Source: Catalimonadaceae bacterium
Lineage (GTDB): Bacteria; Bacteroidota; Bacteroidia; Cytophagales; Flexibacteraceae
Reading direction: 5' to 3'
DNA: 64,000 bases
Assembly (NCBI GenBank): GCA_036804165.1
Contig: DAIRSZ010000001.1
Location: 11,468 to 75,467 of the forward strand
The notes below the pieces were generated by a model. That model searched no databases. It saw only the letters and a list, made by a program, of their open reading frames with translations, and was not told where the DNA came from. Numbering within the stretch: position 1 is the first letter of the stretch; every line of letters starts with the position of its first letter. Below, in pieces: positions 45,904 to 56,469 of this stretch. Both the position numbers and the translations under genes were made by a program.

Positions 45904-48003
45904 CTACACTTGGCCGGGCTTGTGGGGCTGGCCATTGCGCGAAAGCGACGGCATACCCGTACTGTTGGCATGGTTGCCTACGGGGGGCAAGCTCGGGTCG
46001 CGCGGGTCTTCGTCGGTTTCGACGGGGTCAGAAACTTTGCCTTGCGTGTATTTTTCGTAGCTAGTGGGCTGTCCCGACGGTCGGGGGCCAATCAGTGACA
46101 CTAGGTCACTTTGGAAGAGAATCTCCTTTTCAAGCAGGGCCTGGGCCACTTTTTCGAGGGCTTCGCGGTGCGCTTCGAGCAAGTCGCACGTCCGGCGGAA
46201 AGCATTCTCAATCAGGTGATGTACTTCCTCGTCTATCACCTTGGCCAACGCGTCCGAATAGGGCTTGTTGAAGGCGTAGTCCGACTGTTTGGAGTCGTAG
46301 AAAGACACGTTACCGATCTTCTCGTTCATGCCATATACAGTCACCATGCCGTAGGCCATCTTCGTGATGCGCTCCAAATCGCTGAGGGCACCCGTTGAGA
46401 TGCGGTCGAACACGATCTTTTCGGCGGCGCGACCGCCCAGCGCCATGCACATTTCGTCGGTGAGCTGCTCGGTTGTGTAGAGGAACTGCTCTTTGGGCAG
46501 ATACTGGGCATAGCCCAAAGCCGCCACCCCGCGCGGCACAATGCTGACCTTGACCAGCGGATCGGCGTGCTCCAGAAACCAGCCCGCCACGGCGTGACCC
46601 GCTTCGTGGTAAGCCACAATGCGCTTTTCGTCGGGCGAGATGATCTTATTCTTCTTCTCCAGTCCGCCGATAACGCGATCCACGGCATCGTGAAAGTCTT
46701 GCAAGTCCACCTGCGATTTGTTGCGCCGGGCGGCAATCAGGGCGGCTTCGTTGCAGACGTTGGCGATTTCGGCCCCGGCAAAGCCGGGCGTTTGGGCGGC
46801 CAGCTTCTTGGCATCTACGTCCGATCCTGTCTTGATGGGCTGAAGGTGTACCTTGAAGATGGCTTCGCGCCCCACCAGGTCGGGTTTGTCAATGCTGATC
46901 TGGCGGTCGAAGCGGCCCGGGCGCAGCAGGGCCGAGTCGAGCACGTCGGGGCGGTTGGTGGCCGCCAGGATGATCACGCCCGAGTCGGTGGCAAAGCCGT
47001 CCATCTCGACCAGCAGCGAGTTGAGCGTGTTCTCGCGCTCGTCGTTCGAGCCGGGCATCTGCCCTTTGCCCCGCGAGCGACCGATGGCGTCAATTTCGTC
47101 AATGAAAATGATGCAGGGAGCCTTTTCTTTGGCTTGCTTGAACAAGTCCCGCACGCGGGCCGCCCCCACGCCCACGAACATCTCGACAAAGTCGGAGCCA
47201 GAGAGCGAGAAAAACGGCACACCCGCTTCGCCGGCCACGGCCTTGGCCAGCAGGGTTTTGCCCGTGCCGGGAGGGCCAACCAGCAAAGCGCCCTTCGGAA
47301 TTTTGCCGCCGAGCTTGGTGAATTTGCCCGGGTTTTGCAGAAACTCTACGATCTCCTGCACTTCTTCTTTGGCTTCTTCCAGACCAGCCACGTCACCAAA
47401 AGTGATCTTCACCTTGTTTTCGGCGTCGAACAGGGCGGCCTTCGACTTGCCAATGTTGAATATCTGACCACCCGGGCCAGCACCCGACATACGGCGCATC
47501 AGCAGGAAAAAGCCGAAGATGAGCAGGATGATGAACCCCCAGTTGAAGAGCCACGAGCCCACGTCTTGCCGTTGCACCAGGCGCGGGGCCACAACGTCCT
47601 CTTCGGAAATACGCTCCTCAAGTTTATTGAGGTCGTTAAGAAAATTGTCAATCGAAATCCGGAAACTGTAGTGAGGCCCCTGATAGAGGTTGAAGGGGCG
47701 GCTCTCTTCGAGTTCCTTGCGGTATTTCTGATTCTCGATGGCCTCTTCTTTAAGAGTGATTTCTACAATCTCCTTATTGACCACGATAATGTTGCTCACG
47801 TCGCCGCTGAGGTACATCTCTTCAAAACGCTTCTGCGTGATTTCGATGGCGGAAGTAGAACGACTGAACCAGGAGATACCGAAAATAAGCAGCAAAAGGG
47901 CCGCAATGAGCCAAATCTGGTAGTTGGGCCGCGGCGGGCCGCCCCCAGCCGAGGGTAGAATTTTCCGCTTGTTCTTGTTCTTGACGGGTGTTTTTTCGGG
48001 CAT
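45904..48003 (-). CDS. ftsH: ATP-dependent zinc metalloprotease FtsH
   Basis: 699 aa. Walker [22 protein letters not shown] region, and zinc motif HEAGHAV. Confidence 0.97.
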   Translation of the reverse strand: MPEKTPVKNKNKRKILPSAGGGPPRPNYQIWLIAALLLLIFGISWFSRSTSAIEITQKRFEEMYLSGDVSNIIVVNKEIVEITLKEEAIENQKYRKELEESRPFNLYQGPHYSFRISIDNFLNDLNKLEERISEEDVVAPRLVQRQDVGSWLFNWGFIILLIFGFFLLMRRMSGAGPGGQIFNIGKSKAALFDAENKVKITFGDVAGLEEAKEEVQEIVEFLQNPGKFTKLGGKIPKGALLVGPPGTGKTLLAKAVAGEAGVPFFSLSGSDFVEMFVGVGAARVRDLFKQAKEKAPCIIFIDEIDAIGRSRGKGQMPGSNDERENTLNSLLVEMDGFATDSGVIILAATNRPDVLDSALLRPGRFDRQISIDKPDLVGREAIFKVHLQPIKTGSDVDAKKLAAQTPGFAGAEIANVCNEAALIAARRNKSQVDLQDFHDAVDRVIGGLEKKNKIISPDEKRIVAYHEAGHAVAGWFLEHADPLVKVSIVPRGVAALGYAQYLPKEQFLYTTEQLTDEMCMALGGRAAEKIVFDRISTGALSDLERITKMAYGMVTVYGMNEKIGNVSFYDSKQSDYAFNKPYSDALAKVIDEEVHHLIENAFRRTCDLLEAHREALEKVAQALLEKEILFQSDLVSLIGPRPSGQPTSYEKYTQGKVSDPVETDEDPRDPSLPPVGNHANSTGMPSLSRNGQPHKPGQV

Positions 48004-48046
48004 GATCTAACCGGAAACGAAAACCGCAGGAGGGTTTCCGAATGAA

Positions 48047-48406
48047 TTAATGAATGTGTGTAATGACGGCATCGCCCCAGAGCATTTCCAGGGCATAGTG
48101 CTGACGCTTCTCGCCCCGAAACACGTGGGCAACGGCGTCAAAATAATCTAGCAATATCCATTCCCGGTTTTCTTGGCCTTCTTTCTTCCAGGGATGTTCG
48201 CGGGCTTCGAGGTAAACGGTTTTTTCAATGGCTTCGGTGATGGCGGCCGCCTGCGTATCGGAGGTGGCCGAGCAAATAACAAAAAAGTCTGTCATCGCAT
48301 TGCGCACGTGGCGCAAGTCCATTACGGTAATTTGCTGAGCTTTTTTCTCTTGCATACCCTTGACAATGGCCGTCTTGAGGGCTTCACTGGTTTGTATCAA
48401 ATTCAC
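48047..48406 (-). CDS. rsfS: ribosome silencing factor
   Basis: I chose the GTG at 48406, giving 119 aa of typical RsfS size. ITVMDLRHVRNAMTDFFVICSATSDTQ and WILLDYFDAVAHVF motifs. The 172-aa track ORF is an upstream over-extension. Confidence 0.85.
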   Translation of the reverse strand: MNLIQTSEALKTAIVKGMQEKKAQQITVMDLRHVRNAMTDFFVICSATSDTQAAAITEAIEKTVYLEAREHPWKKEGQENREWILLDYFDAVAHVFRGEKRQHYALEMLWGDAVITHIH

Positions 48407-48507
48407 TGAGGAGGGTTTTGTTGGATCGAGGCGCTCCCGAACACGACTACGCCCGGGCGCTTGATTAAAATTGCTATATTTTTGCTGACTTACCAAGTTA
48501 AATAGCG

Positions 48508-49287
48508 TTGTACAACACTTCTGCCAAAACCCTGTTCGTCGGGTTGAAGCGCATTCACCTGCCAACCTGTCAGTCCACCCAGGAAGAAATGGCCCGGCGC
48601 GTGCTTCACAGCGGCGGAGCCTTGCTTCCGGAGGGAACGCTCCTCAGCACCGATCACCAGACAGCGGGCCGCGGCCAGCGCGACCTGACGTGGGAGTCGG
48701 CAGCGGGCCAAAACCTGACTTTTTCGGTGCTGTTCTACCCGCGCTTCCTTCGGGTTGCCGAGCAGTTTGCCCTCAACACCGCCCTGGCCTGCGGGCTGCA
48801 TAGTGCCCTGACGGAGCTGCTCGGCCCTGAGCCGCCCCAAGCCCTGCGGCTCAAGTGGCCCAACGACCTTTACTACGATCACCACAAACTGGCTGGTATG
48901 TTGCTCACCTCGGCTTCGCGCAGCATGTACTTGGAACATACGATTGCCGGAATAGGTTTGAACGTCAACCAAACCCAGTTTGCGGCCCCCCGGGCGCAGT
49001 CGCTTGCCCAACTCACGGGCCAATCGCACGCCCTCGACGACGTGCTGGCCAGCCTCTGTCGGCACCTGGAGGCGCATTACCTGTGGCTGCGGCAAGGGCG
49101 TACCGATCGGCTGCGCCAAGCCTACCTGCAGCGGCTCTACAAGTATCAGGAAAAACATTTGTTTGAAGACCAGGAAGGCCGCATTTTCGCCGGGGAAATT
49201 GTAGGCGTGGACACCTCCGGCCGCCTGGCCGTGCACGCGGGGCGCACCGTGCGCTATTTCAACCAGAAAGAAATCATCTTCTTGTAG
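48508..49287 (+). CDS. birA: biotin--[acetyl-CoA-carboxylase] ligase (class I, no HTH domain)
   Basis: 259 aa with TTG start. QTAGRGQRDLTWESAAGQNLTFSVL is the GRGRxGR-type biotin-binding loop. Confidence 0.85.
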   Translation: MYNTSAKTLFVGLKRIHLPTCQSTQEEMARRVLHSGGALLPEGTLLSTDHQTAGRGQRDLTWESAAGQNLTFSVLFYPRFLRVAEQFALNTALACGLHSALTELLGPEPPQALRLKWPNDLYYDHHKLAGMLLTSASRSMYLEHTIAGIGLNVNQTQFAAPRAQSLAQLTGQSHALDDVLASLCRHLEAHYLWLRQGRTDRLRQAYLQRLYKYQEKHLFEDQEGRIFAGEIVGVDTSGRLAVHAGRTVRYFNQKEIIFL

Positions 49288-49293
49288 GTACTT

Positions 49294-50394
49294 ATGGAAT
49301 CGTACAAAATTGTGGGGGTCATGTCGGGCACTTCGCTCGACGGTCTCGACCTGGCGCTGTGTCAATTGTCTTGTGCCAACGGACACTGGCAGCACCGTCT
49401 GTTGGCTGCCCGTACGGTGCCCTACGGCGACCACTGGCGGCGAAAGCTATCGGACGTCGTGACGATGGACGGCTTTGAATTTGCTCGTACAGACCGGGAC
49501 TTTGGGCATTTTGCCGGGCAGCAGGTGCGCACCTTTCTGGAAGACTGCGGCCAGGTGGCCGACGCCGTCGCTTCGCACGGCCACACCGTGTTTCACCAAC
49601 CTTCGGCGGGGGTCACGGTGCAGATCGGCCACGGGGCAGCGCTCAGTGCGGCGGCTGGGCTGCCCGTGGTGTGCGACTTTCGCGCGCTCGACGTGGCCCT
49701 CGGGGGCCAGGGCGCCCCGCTGGTGCCGCTCGGCGATGCCTTGCTCTTTCCCGACTACGCCGCTTGCCTCAACCTGGGGGGCATTGCCAACATCTCGTTT
49801 CAGCGGGGCCACGAGCGGGTAGCCTACGACATCGGGCCGGCCAATCAGTTGCTCAACTGGCTGGCCAACCAGGTGGGCGAACCCTACGACCCGCAGGGAG
49901 AAATAGCCGCCTCGGGCCAGGTGGATGCCAGCCTGCTGGCCAAGCTCAACGGCCTGGGCTATTACGTACAGCCCTTTCCCAAATCTTTGGGACGCGAGGA
50001 AGTAGAAGCCTATTTTCTGCCTCTGCTAGACAACAATGCCGTGGCCCTGCCCGACTTGCTGGCCACCGTGTCGGAGCACCTGGCCCAGCAAATTGCGGCG
50101 GCCATTCCGCAGCAAGCCCAAACAGGCACGGGGCCGCACCGGCTGCTCATCACGGGTGGCGGAGCATTCAATACTTTTTTGCTCAGCCGCCTAGAGCACT
50201 ACCTCGGCGAAGGCACGGTGCCCATCGTGCCCGACGACGGGCTAGTCAAGTTCAAGGAGGCCATTATCTTCGCCCTGCTGGGTGCCCTGCGCCTGCGCCA
50301 GCAGGTCAATTGCCTGCGGTCGGTGACGGGCGCACGCACCGACCACGTGGGAGGTGCCCTTTACGGCGTGTGGCCGCCGGCCCATCTGAGCTAA
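49294..50394 (+). CDS. anmK: anhydro-N-acetylmuramic acid kinase
   Basis: 366 aa. IVGVMSGTSLDGLDLAL N-terminal motif and ITGGGAFN. Confidence 0.9.
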   Translation: MESYKIVGVMSGTSLDGLDLALCQLSCANGHWQHRLLAARTVPYGDHWRRKLSDVVTMDGFEFARTDRDFGHFAGQQVRTFLEDCGQVADAVASHGHTVFHQPSAGVTVQIGHGAALSAAAGLPVVCDFRALDVALGGQGAPLVPLGDALLFPDYAACLNLGGIANISFQRGHERVAYDIGPANQLLNWLANQVGEPYDPQGEIAASGQVDASLLAKLNGLGYYVQPFPKSLGREEVEAYFLPLLDNNAVALPDLLATVSEHLAQQIAAAIPQQAQTGTGPHRLLITGGGAFNTFLLSRLEHYLGEGTVPIVPDDGLVKFKEAIIFALLGALRLRQQVNCLRSVTGARTDHVGGALYGVWPPAHLS

Positions 50395-50458
50395 AATTTA
50401 GAAGAGAAGGCAGCCGCACAGACGAGGGCCGATCAACAGATTTTCGGCATATTCCCCC

Positions 50459-51796
50459 ATGATATTTCGCTCTTTCCGTGTGGGGGTGGTGTGGCGGGTG
50501 CTCTTGCTCACTGCTACGGCCGCTGCATTGGCATTTTTGGGAATGCGCACGGGTGTGCAGTTTGCCACGGGCCTGCTGGCCGTAGCCCTCGGGGCACAGG
50601 TGTATGGCCTGATTCGCTACGTGGAGCGCATCAACCGGAAGGTGCAGCAATTTTTCGATTCAGTGCGCTTTGCCGACTTTGCTTCGGGCTTTGGGGCCGA
50701 TAACCACTTGGGCAGCAGCTTTCGGGCACTTAACCGATCTTTCGACGAAGTAATCGAAGCCTTCCGGCGCACGCGGGCCGAAAAAGAAGAACAGGGCCAA
50801 TATCTCCAGACGGTGGTTCAGCACGTCAGCACGGGGCTGCTGGCCTTCGACGCCCAAGGAAAAATAGAATTGATGAATACGGCCGCCCGGCAGTTGTTGG
50901 GCACGCCCTACGTGCGTCAGCTCGACGAACTGCGGGCCATTGATTCGGCGCTGGCCGACACCTTGCGCCAACTGTTGCCAGGTCGGCACGCCCTAATTGC
51001 GCTGCCGGGCGCGTTGGCACCCCGCCAACTGGCTGTTCATGCCACCGAACTGCGGCAGCGTGGCCAAGTATTTCGTTTGCTCTCTTTGCAGGACATTCAC
51101 CCCGAACTGCAAGCCAAAGAGCTGGAAGCCTGGCAGAACTTGATCCGGGTGCTGCGGCACGAGATCATGAACTCGATCACGCCGATCGCCTCGCTGACGG
51201 CCACCGTGCACACGGTGCTCCGGGACGAATGGCGCGAAGGTGCCGTGCTGAGCGCCGAAACGGCGGCCGACGTACGCGCGGCCCTGCGCACCATCGAGCA
51301 GCGCAGCGCCGGCCTGCTCCGCTTCGTGGATGCCTATCGCAACTTTACCAACTTGCCCCGGCCGCACTTTCGGCTGGTGGCGGTGGGAGAACTGCTGGCC
51401 CGGATCGCCCGGTTGGTGCAGCACGAACTGACCGCCCAGGGCACCACGCTGGAAGTGAAAGTGTGGCCCGAAGACCTGCACGTGACGGCCGACGCCGAGC
51501 TGCTCGAAATGGTACTGCTCAACTTGGTGCGCAATGCCCGCGAGGCACCCGCCACGCGCATTTGGTTGTGGGCTGGCTACGACGCGCACCAGCGGGTGAG
51601 CATCCGGGTGACAGACAACGGCCCGGGCATCGAGCCGGAGGCACAAGCGCATATTTTCATCCCTTTTTTTACGACCAAAAAAGGCGGTTCGGGCATTGGC
51701 CTGAGCCTTTCGCGCCAAATTATGCAGCAGCACGGAGGCACTTTGCAGGTGGCTTCGGCGCCGCCGACACCCACAGTTTTCACGTTGTGCTTCTGA
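50459..51796 (+). CDS. sensor histidine kinase (2 TM, linker, PAS-like, HisKA, HATPase)
   Basis: H-box RHEIMNSITPIASL. N/G boxes NLVRNAREA, DNGPGI and GGSGIGLSLS. No response-regulator gene adjacent. Confidence 0.85.
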   Translation: MIFRSFRVGVVWRVLLLTATAAALAFLGMRTGVQFATGLLAVALGAQVYGLIRYVERINRKVQQFFDSVRFADFASGFGADNHLGSSFRALNRSFDEVIEAFRRTRAEKEEQGQYLQTVVQHVSTGLLAFDAQGKIELMNTAARQLLGTPYVRQLDELRAIDSALADTLRQLLPGRHALIALPGALAPRQLAVHATELRQRGQVFRLLSLQDIHPELQAKELEAWQNLIRVLRHEIMNSITPIASLTATVHTVLRDEWREGAVLSAETAADVRAALRTIEQRSAGLLRFVDAYRNFTNLPRPHFRLVAVGELLARIARLVQHELTAQGTTLEVKVWPEDLHVTADAELLEMVLLNLVRNAREAPATRIWLWAGYDAHQRVSIRVTDNGPGIEPEAQAHIFIPFFTTKKGGSGIGLSLSRQIMQQHGGTLQVASAPPTPTVFTLCF

Positions 51797-51866
51797 GCCA
51801 CGGTGCGGCCGACTGCCCAACCAGAACCGGTGGGCGTGTGGGAAGGGACACCCGCGGGCAACCCGT

Positions 51867-51905
51867 AAAAAAAGCCGCCCGAAAAATTTTCGGGCGGCCC
51901 TTGTG
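51867..51905. terminator. bidirectional rho-independent terminator between the kinase gene and hemA
   Basis: AAAAAAAGCCGCCCGAAAAATTTTCGGGCGGCCCTTGTGTTCTTT. 8-bp stem GCCGCCCG/CGGGCGGC flanked by an A7 run and a T-rich run. Confidence 0.75.
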
Positions 51906-51926
51906 TTCTTTGCGGAGCTACACGAC

Positions 51927-53195
51927 TTACCGCTTCTGCGATGTCTTGTCAAGATTGAACAGGTCTTGCAGTACCTCCACCAGGTTGTCGGCGTCGCCCC
52001 GCTGACAGGCCGCCTTGAGCTGCATTACGGGCAGTTTGATGATCTTCTGCATCATGCTGCGCGTCACGATCTCGACGGCCCGGCTGGCGGCGGGGTCCAT
52101 TTGCTTGAGGTAGCGGGCCATTTCTTCCTGCCGGATTTGCTCGAGGGCTTGCTTAAATTGCTGAATAGCGGGCAAGACGAGCATCTCGCTCGACCAGGTG
52201 TCGAACTCGGCCAGGGCAGCTTCCATGATGGCTTCAACGGCTGGAATAGCTCTGCGCCGTTTGGCCACGGCGTCTGAAGCTCGCTGGTGAATTTTGTCAA
52301 TGTTGTACACAAGCGCCCCGGGAATGTTTTCTACGTCGGGAGCTACGCTGCGCGGCACCGAAAGGTCAATGAAATATTTGAAGGATAGTATCTCTAGTGC
52401 GGCCACCCGGTCGGCTGTTATCAGCGGCCGTTCGTTGGCCACCGAACTGATGACGACGTCGGCCTCGGCCACCGCCGACCACAGATCGGCGAAGGGCACC
52501 ACCTGGGCGCCACATTCGGCGGCCAGGGCCTCGGCCTTGGCTTGGGTGCGGTTGCAGATACTCACGTGCCCCAGGCGCGTGTGGGCCAGGTTCTTGCAGA
52601 CGTCGCGACCGATCTCGCCCACGCCCAGCACCAGCACGCGGGGTTGGGCAAAGTCGGCCAGCAACTCGGCCACCAGCTCGACGGCTGCGTACGAGACCGA
52701 CGCGGCCCCATCGCGGAAGCAAGTTTCTTGCACCACACGCTTGTTGGCAAAGAAAATGGTGTGCATCAGGCGGTGCAAAAAAGGCCCAGCCAGTTGCAGG
52801 TCGGCCGTTTGCTGGTAGGCACGCTTGACCTGGTTGATGATCTGCATATCGCCAATCACCATGGACTCCAGCCCGAGGGCCACCCGAAACAGGTGCCGAA
52901 CGGCCTGACCGGTCTCGGTAATTACCCGAAAGTGCGCCGCGATGGCCGCAGGTTGGGCAATACCTTTGTGAATACCCAGCAGTTTAATTACTTCGCTACT
53001 GTAGTCCTGGGCGGCGCTGTAATAGATCTCCGTACGATTGCAAGTCGAGAGAATAAGTAAGTCCGTAAGGGGCAAGGTATCGCGCAGGGTGTGGAGCAAA
53101 GAATGACTTTCTGTGTCCGAAAGGGCAATCAACTCGCGGAGGTGAACCGGCGTGTGCTGGTGCGAAAGCGTGATTGCTTGGAAAGAAGTTTGCAT
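51927..53195 (-). CDS. hemA: glutamyl-tRNA reductase
   Basis: I chose the ATG at 53195 (MQTSFQAITLSHQHTPVHLRE). Active-site LSTCNRTEIY and NAD-binding VLVLGVGEIG. Confidence 0.9.
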   Translation of the reverse strand: MQTSFQAITLSHQHTPVHLRELIALSDTESHSLLHTLRDTLPLTDLLILSTCNRTEIYYSAAQDYSSEVIKLLGIHKGIAQPAAIAAHFRVITETGQAVRHLFRVALGLESMVIGDMQIINQVKRAYQQTADLQLAGPFLHRLMHTIFFANKRVVQETCFRDGAASVSYAAVELVAELLADFAQPRVLVLGVGEIGRDVCKNLAHTRLGHVSICNRTQAKAEALAAECGAQVVPFADLWSAVAEADVVISSVANERPLITADRVAALEILSFKYFIDLSVPRSVAPDVENIPGALVYNIDKIHQRASDAVAKRRRAIPAVEAIMEAALAEFDTWSSEMLVLPAIQQFKQALEQIRQEEMARYLKQMDPAASRAVEIVTRSMMQKIIKLPVMQLKAACQRGDADNLVEVLQDLFNLDKTSQKR

Positions 53196-53319
53196 ACCGT
53201 TTACCAACTTGGGTATCACAAAAATAATTCAAGCGCCTCCACTCAAAAAATGACCGGGGTCAGCAGGGTGTATTTGTAATGAATCTAAATAAATTTTTGA
53301 CTTTCGGTGCCCTTTTCTA

Positions 53320-54555
53320 ATGAAGAATCATCCGCACAAATCCTACTATAAACTTATTTTACTCGGCTTGGCCCTGTTGATCGGAGTTACCTCGCTTGTA
53401 TATACCGACTACCTGATCAAGAAACTGGCCGACCGCGAACGGAAGCTCATTTTGCTCTACGCCCGGGGGCTGGAGTTTTTGGTCAATACCGAAGATGCGG
53501 AAAACATCTCCTTCATTTTTAGTGAGATCATCGAAGCCAACAAGTCCATTCCCGTCATCCTGACCGACGGATTGCACGTGCCCATTCAGGAGCGCAACGT
53601 CCCGGTGCCTGCCCACTTGGCCGGGGCCGACAAGCAAGCGTATTTGCAGCGCGAGGTGTACGCCATGCAAAAGGTGTATCCGCCCATCGAGGTAGAATAT
53701 AGCCCGGGCTTTCGCAATTATATCTACTACCGGGACTCCAACCTGATCACCCAACTCAAGTACTACCCCTACGTGCAGCTTTCGGCCATTGCGTTCTTTA
53801 CGCTGATGGGCTATATGGTGCTTAGTTATTCGCGCCGGATGGAGCAAAACCGCGTGTGGGTGGGGTTGGCCAAAGAGACGGCCCATCAGTTGGGCACGCC
53901 GCTGTCTTCGCTCATGGCCTGGATTACGTACTTCCGCTCCGACGAACGCTTTGCCGACGACCCCGTGATTGACGAACTGGAAAAAGACGTTCACCGGCTA
54001 GAGGTGGTCACAGCCCGTTTTTCTAACATTGGCTCGGTGCCCACCCTGCGCAACGAACCCATCGCCGATTTGGTCTGGCACGTGCTCGACTACCTGCGCC
54101 TTCGGATCTCGACGAAGGTGCACATGACCTTCGAAAACGAATTGGCCCCCGGCACGCTGGTGCGCCTCAATCGCCCGCTGTTCGAGTGGGTGATCGAGAA
54201 CCTGGTCAAAAATGCGGTGGATGCCATGAGCGGCGTGGGCCAACTGACCATCCGCCTGGCCGAAGCCCCCGACGCCCGCCTCACCATTGACGTGACCGAT
54301 ACGGGCAAAGGCATTGCCAAGTCGCAGCTCAAGCGCGTGTTCGAGCCGGGCTTTACGACCAAAAAACGGGGCTGGGGGCTGGGGCTCACGCTGGTGCGGC
54401 GCATTGTGCGCGACTACCACGGCGGGCGTATTTTTGTCAGATACTCCGAACCGGGCAAAGGCACCACGTTTCGCATCGTGCTCGGCGACCGAACGACCCC
54501 CGCCGACGCCGAGTCGGCCACTCCCCGTGCGCGCCGGGTGCTACCTACTCAATGA
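53320..54555 (+). CDS. sensor histidine kinase (2 TM with periplasmic loop, HisKA, HATPase)
   Basis: H-box ETAHQLGTPLSSLMAW. NLVKNAVDA, DTGKGI and GWGLGLTL. No response-regulator gene adjacent. Confidence 0.85.
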   Translation: MKNHPHKSYYKLILLGLALLIGVTSLVYTDYLIKKLADRERKLILLYARGLEFLVNTEDAENISFIFSEIIEANKSIPVILTDGLHVPIQERNVPVPAHLAGADKQAYLQREVYAMQKVYPPIEVEYSPGFRNYIYYRDSNLITQLKYYPYVQLSAIAFFTLMGYMVLSYSRRMEQNRVWVGLAKETAHQLGTPLSSLMAWITYFRSDERFADDPVIDELEKDVHRLEVVTARFSNIGSVPTLRNEPIADLVWHVLDYLRLRISTKVHMTFENELAPGTLVRLNRPLFEWVIENLVKNAVDAMSGVGQLTIRLAEAPDARLTIDVTDTGKGIAKSQLKRVFEPGFTTKKRGWGLGLTLVRRIVRDYHGGRIFVRYSEPGKGTTFRIVLGDRTTPADAESATPRARRVLPTQ

Positions 54556-55975
54556 TGGTGAACTTGATCATGTTGGCCCGTCCCTTCTTGGCGATGGGAA
54601 TGCTGGCCGTATGAATGAGCGTATCGCCCGGCACCAGGTGTCCTTTTTGTTTGAGCAGCGTGGCCAGGTCTTCCATCATCTCGTCGGTTGAGCGGCTGAT
54701 CTCGTACGGAATGGGCCGCACACCCCACACCAGGCTCAGTTGGGTGATCAGCTGCGGGTAGCGTGAGAAGATGAAAATTTGCGCGGCGGGTCGGTGGCTG
54801 CTCACCTGCATGGCCGAATAGCCCGAACGCGTGATGGTGGCAATGGCCTTGGCCCCTACGGCTTGCGCCAGCGTGCAGGCCGAAGCCACCACGCTGTCGT
54901 GGGGCAACGTGGGAGAGTGGGGGTCGAGGTCGCTAAATCTTTTGTTGTAGATGTCGGCTTGCTGCTCGACGGCGTGGATCACCCGGCTCATGGCCCGCAC
55001 GGCCAGCACGGGATAGCGCCCGGCGGCCGTTTCGGCGCTGAGCATCACAGCGTCGGCCCCGTCAATGACGGCGTTGGCTACGTCGGTAGTTTCGGCCCGC
55101 GTAGGTCGGGGGTTGACGATCATGCTCTCGAGCATTTGCGTGGCGATAATCACGGGCTTGGCCGCCGTGTTGCACTTGGCCACGATCTGTTTTTGCAGCA
55201 AAGGCACATCCTCCATCGGGATTTCCACGCCCAGGTCGCCCCGGGCTACCATCAGCCCGTCGGTGGCGGCCACGATCTCGTCAATGTTTTCGATGGCCTG
55301 GGGCTTTTCTATTTTGGCCACCACGCGCGTATAGGAGTTGTGCTCGGCGATAATGCTTTTGATGTAGCGAATGTCTTCGGCCGACCGCACAAACGAAAGG
55401 GCTACCCAATCTACGTGGTGCGCCAGGCCAAAAAGCAAGTCCTCGTGGTCTTTCTCCGTCAGCGACGGGGCCGACACGTTCGTATTGGGCAAGTTGATGC
55501 CCTTGCGGGAGCGCAACATGCCGCCATGAATGATTTCGGCCTCCACTTCGTCGCCATTGGTGCCCAGCACCCGCAACTCGAGGTTGCCGTCGTCAATGAG
55601 CACCGTGTCGCCCTCGCGTACGTCCTGCGCCAATCGCTGGTAGGTAGTGCTGATGCGCTGCCGATTGCCCAGCACCTTGTGCGTGCCAATCACGATGCGG
55701 TCGCCGGGAAACAGTTCCACCCCGTTGTCCTCCACGTCGTCCGTCCGGATTTTGGGGCCTTGCAAATCCTGCAAAATACCTACAAATGTGCCCAGGCTTT
55801 CGTTGAGTTCGCGGATCGCCTTGATGACGGCAGCGTGGCCTTCGTGCGAGCCGTGCGAAAAATTGAGCCGAAACACGTTGACCCCCGCCAGAATGAGTTG
55901 CTCAAGCATGTGCTTGTCGTGCGAGGCCGGCCCCACGGTGGCCACCACCTTGGTGCGGTTAGAAACTGAAGTCAT
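54545..55975 (-). CDS. pyk: pyruvate kinase
   Basis: I chose the ATG at 55975 (MTSVSNRTKVVATVGPAS). MVARGDLGVEIP and IIATQMLESM motifs. Its 3' end overlaps the kinase gene by 11 nt. Confidence 0.95.
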   Translation of the reverse strand: MTSVSNRTKVVATVGPASHDKHMLEQLILAGVNVFRLNFSHGSHEGHAAVIKAIRELNESLGTFVGILQDLQGPKIRTDDVEDNGVELFPGDRIVIGTHKVLGNRQRISTTYQRLAQDVREGDTVLIDDGNLELRVLGTNGDEVEAEIIHGGMLRSRKGINLPNTNVSAPSLTEKDHEDLLFGLAHHVDWVALSFVRSAEDIRYIKSIIAEHNSYTRVVAKIEKPQAIENIDEIVAATDGLMVARGDLGVEIPMEDVPLLQKQIVAKCNTAAKPVIIATQMLESMIVNPRPTRAETTDVANAVIDGADAVMLSAETAAGRYPVLAVRAMSRVIHAVEQQADIYNKRFSDLDPHSPTLPHDSVVASACTLAQAVGAKAIATITRSGYSAMQVSSHRPAAQIFIFSRYPQLITQLSLVWGVRPIPYEISRSTDEMMEDLATLLKQKGHLVPGDTLIHTASIPIAKKGRANMIKFTIIE

Positions 55976-56217
55976 ATAGATTGAGGATGTAGTAGCTTGC
56001 GGTTCTCCTTTCGGAAGGCACCGCAATATAGCGCATCTGGACAATAGCTATCCAATCTTGCTGCAAACACCTCCATCTGTCCGCAAAGGGGCCTTGTGCG
56101 TGGCGCCCTTGGTGCTGTAACTAGCATTCCGCCGCGCCAAGCCCCTTCGGCATAGTTTGATAATGAAGGGTAGAATATCTTTCTTTGCGAAGATTTTCAA
56201 CTTCTAAAATTAAAAAA

Positions 56218-56454
56218 ATGTCAGAAATCGCTCAAAAAGTGAAAAATATTATCATTGATAAACTCGGTGTAGAAGAGTCAGAAGTGACCCACGAAGCCAG
56301 CTTTACCAATGACCTCGGTGCAGATTCGCTCGACACGGTTGAGCTGATCATGGAATTTGAGAAGGAATTTAATATTTCCATTCCCGACGACCAAGCCGAA
56401 AACATTGCCACGGTGGGCCAAGCCATCGAGTACCTTGAGCAACACGCGAAGTAG
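56218..56454 (+). CDS. acpP: acyl carrier protein
   Basis: 78 aa from the ATG at 56218. Phosphopantetheine site [13 protein letters not shown]. Confidence 0.95.
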   Translation: MSEIAQKVKNIIIDKLGVEESEVTHEASFTNDLGADSLDTVELIMEFEKEFNISIPDDQAENIATVGQAIEYLEQHAK

Positions 56455-56469
56455 TTTATTTGCCCCTCT

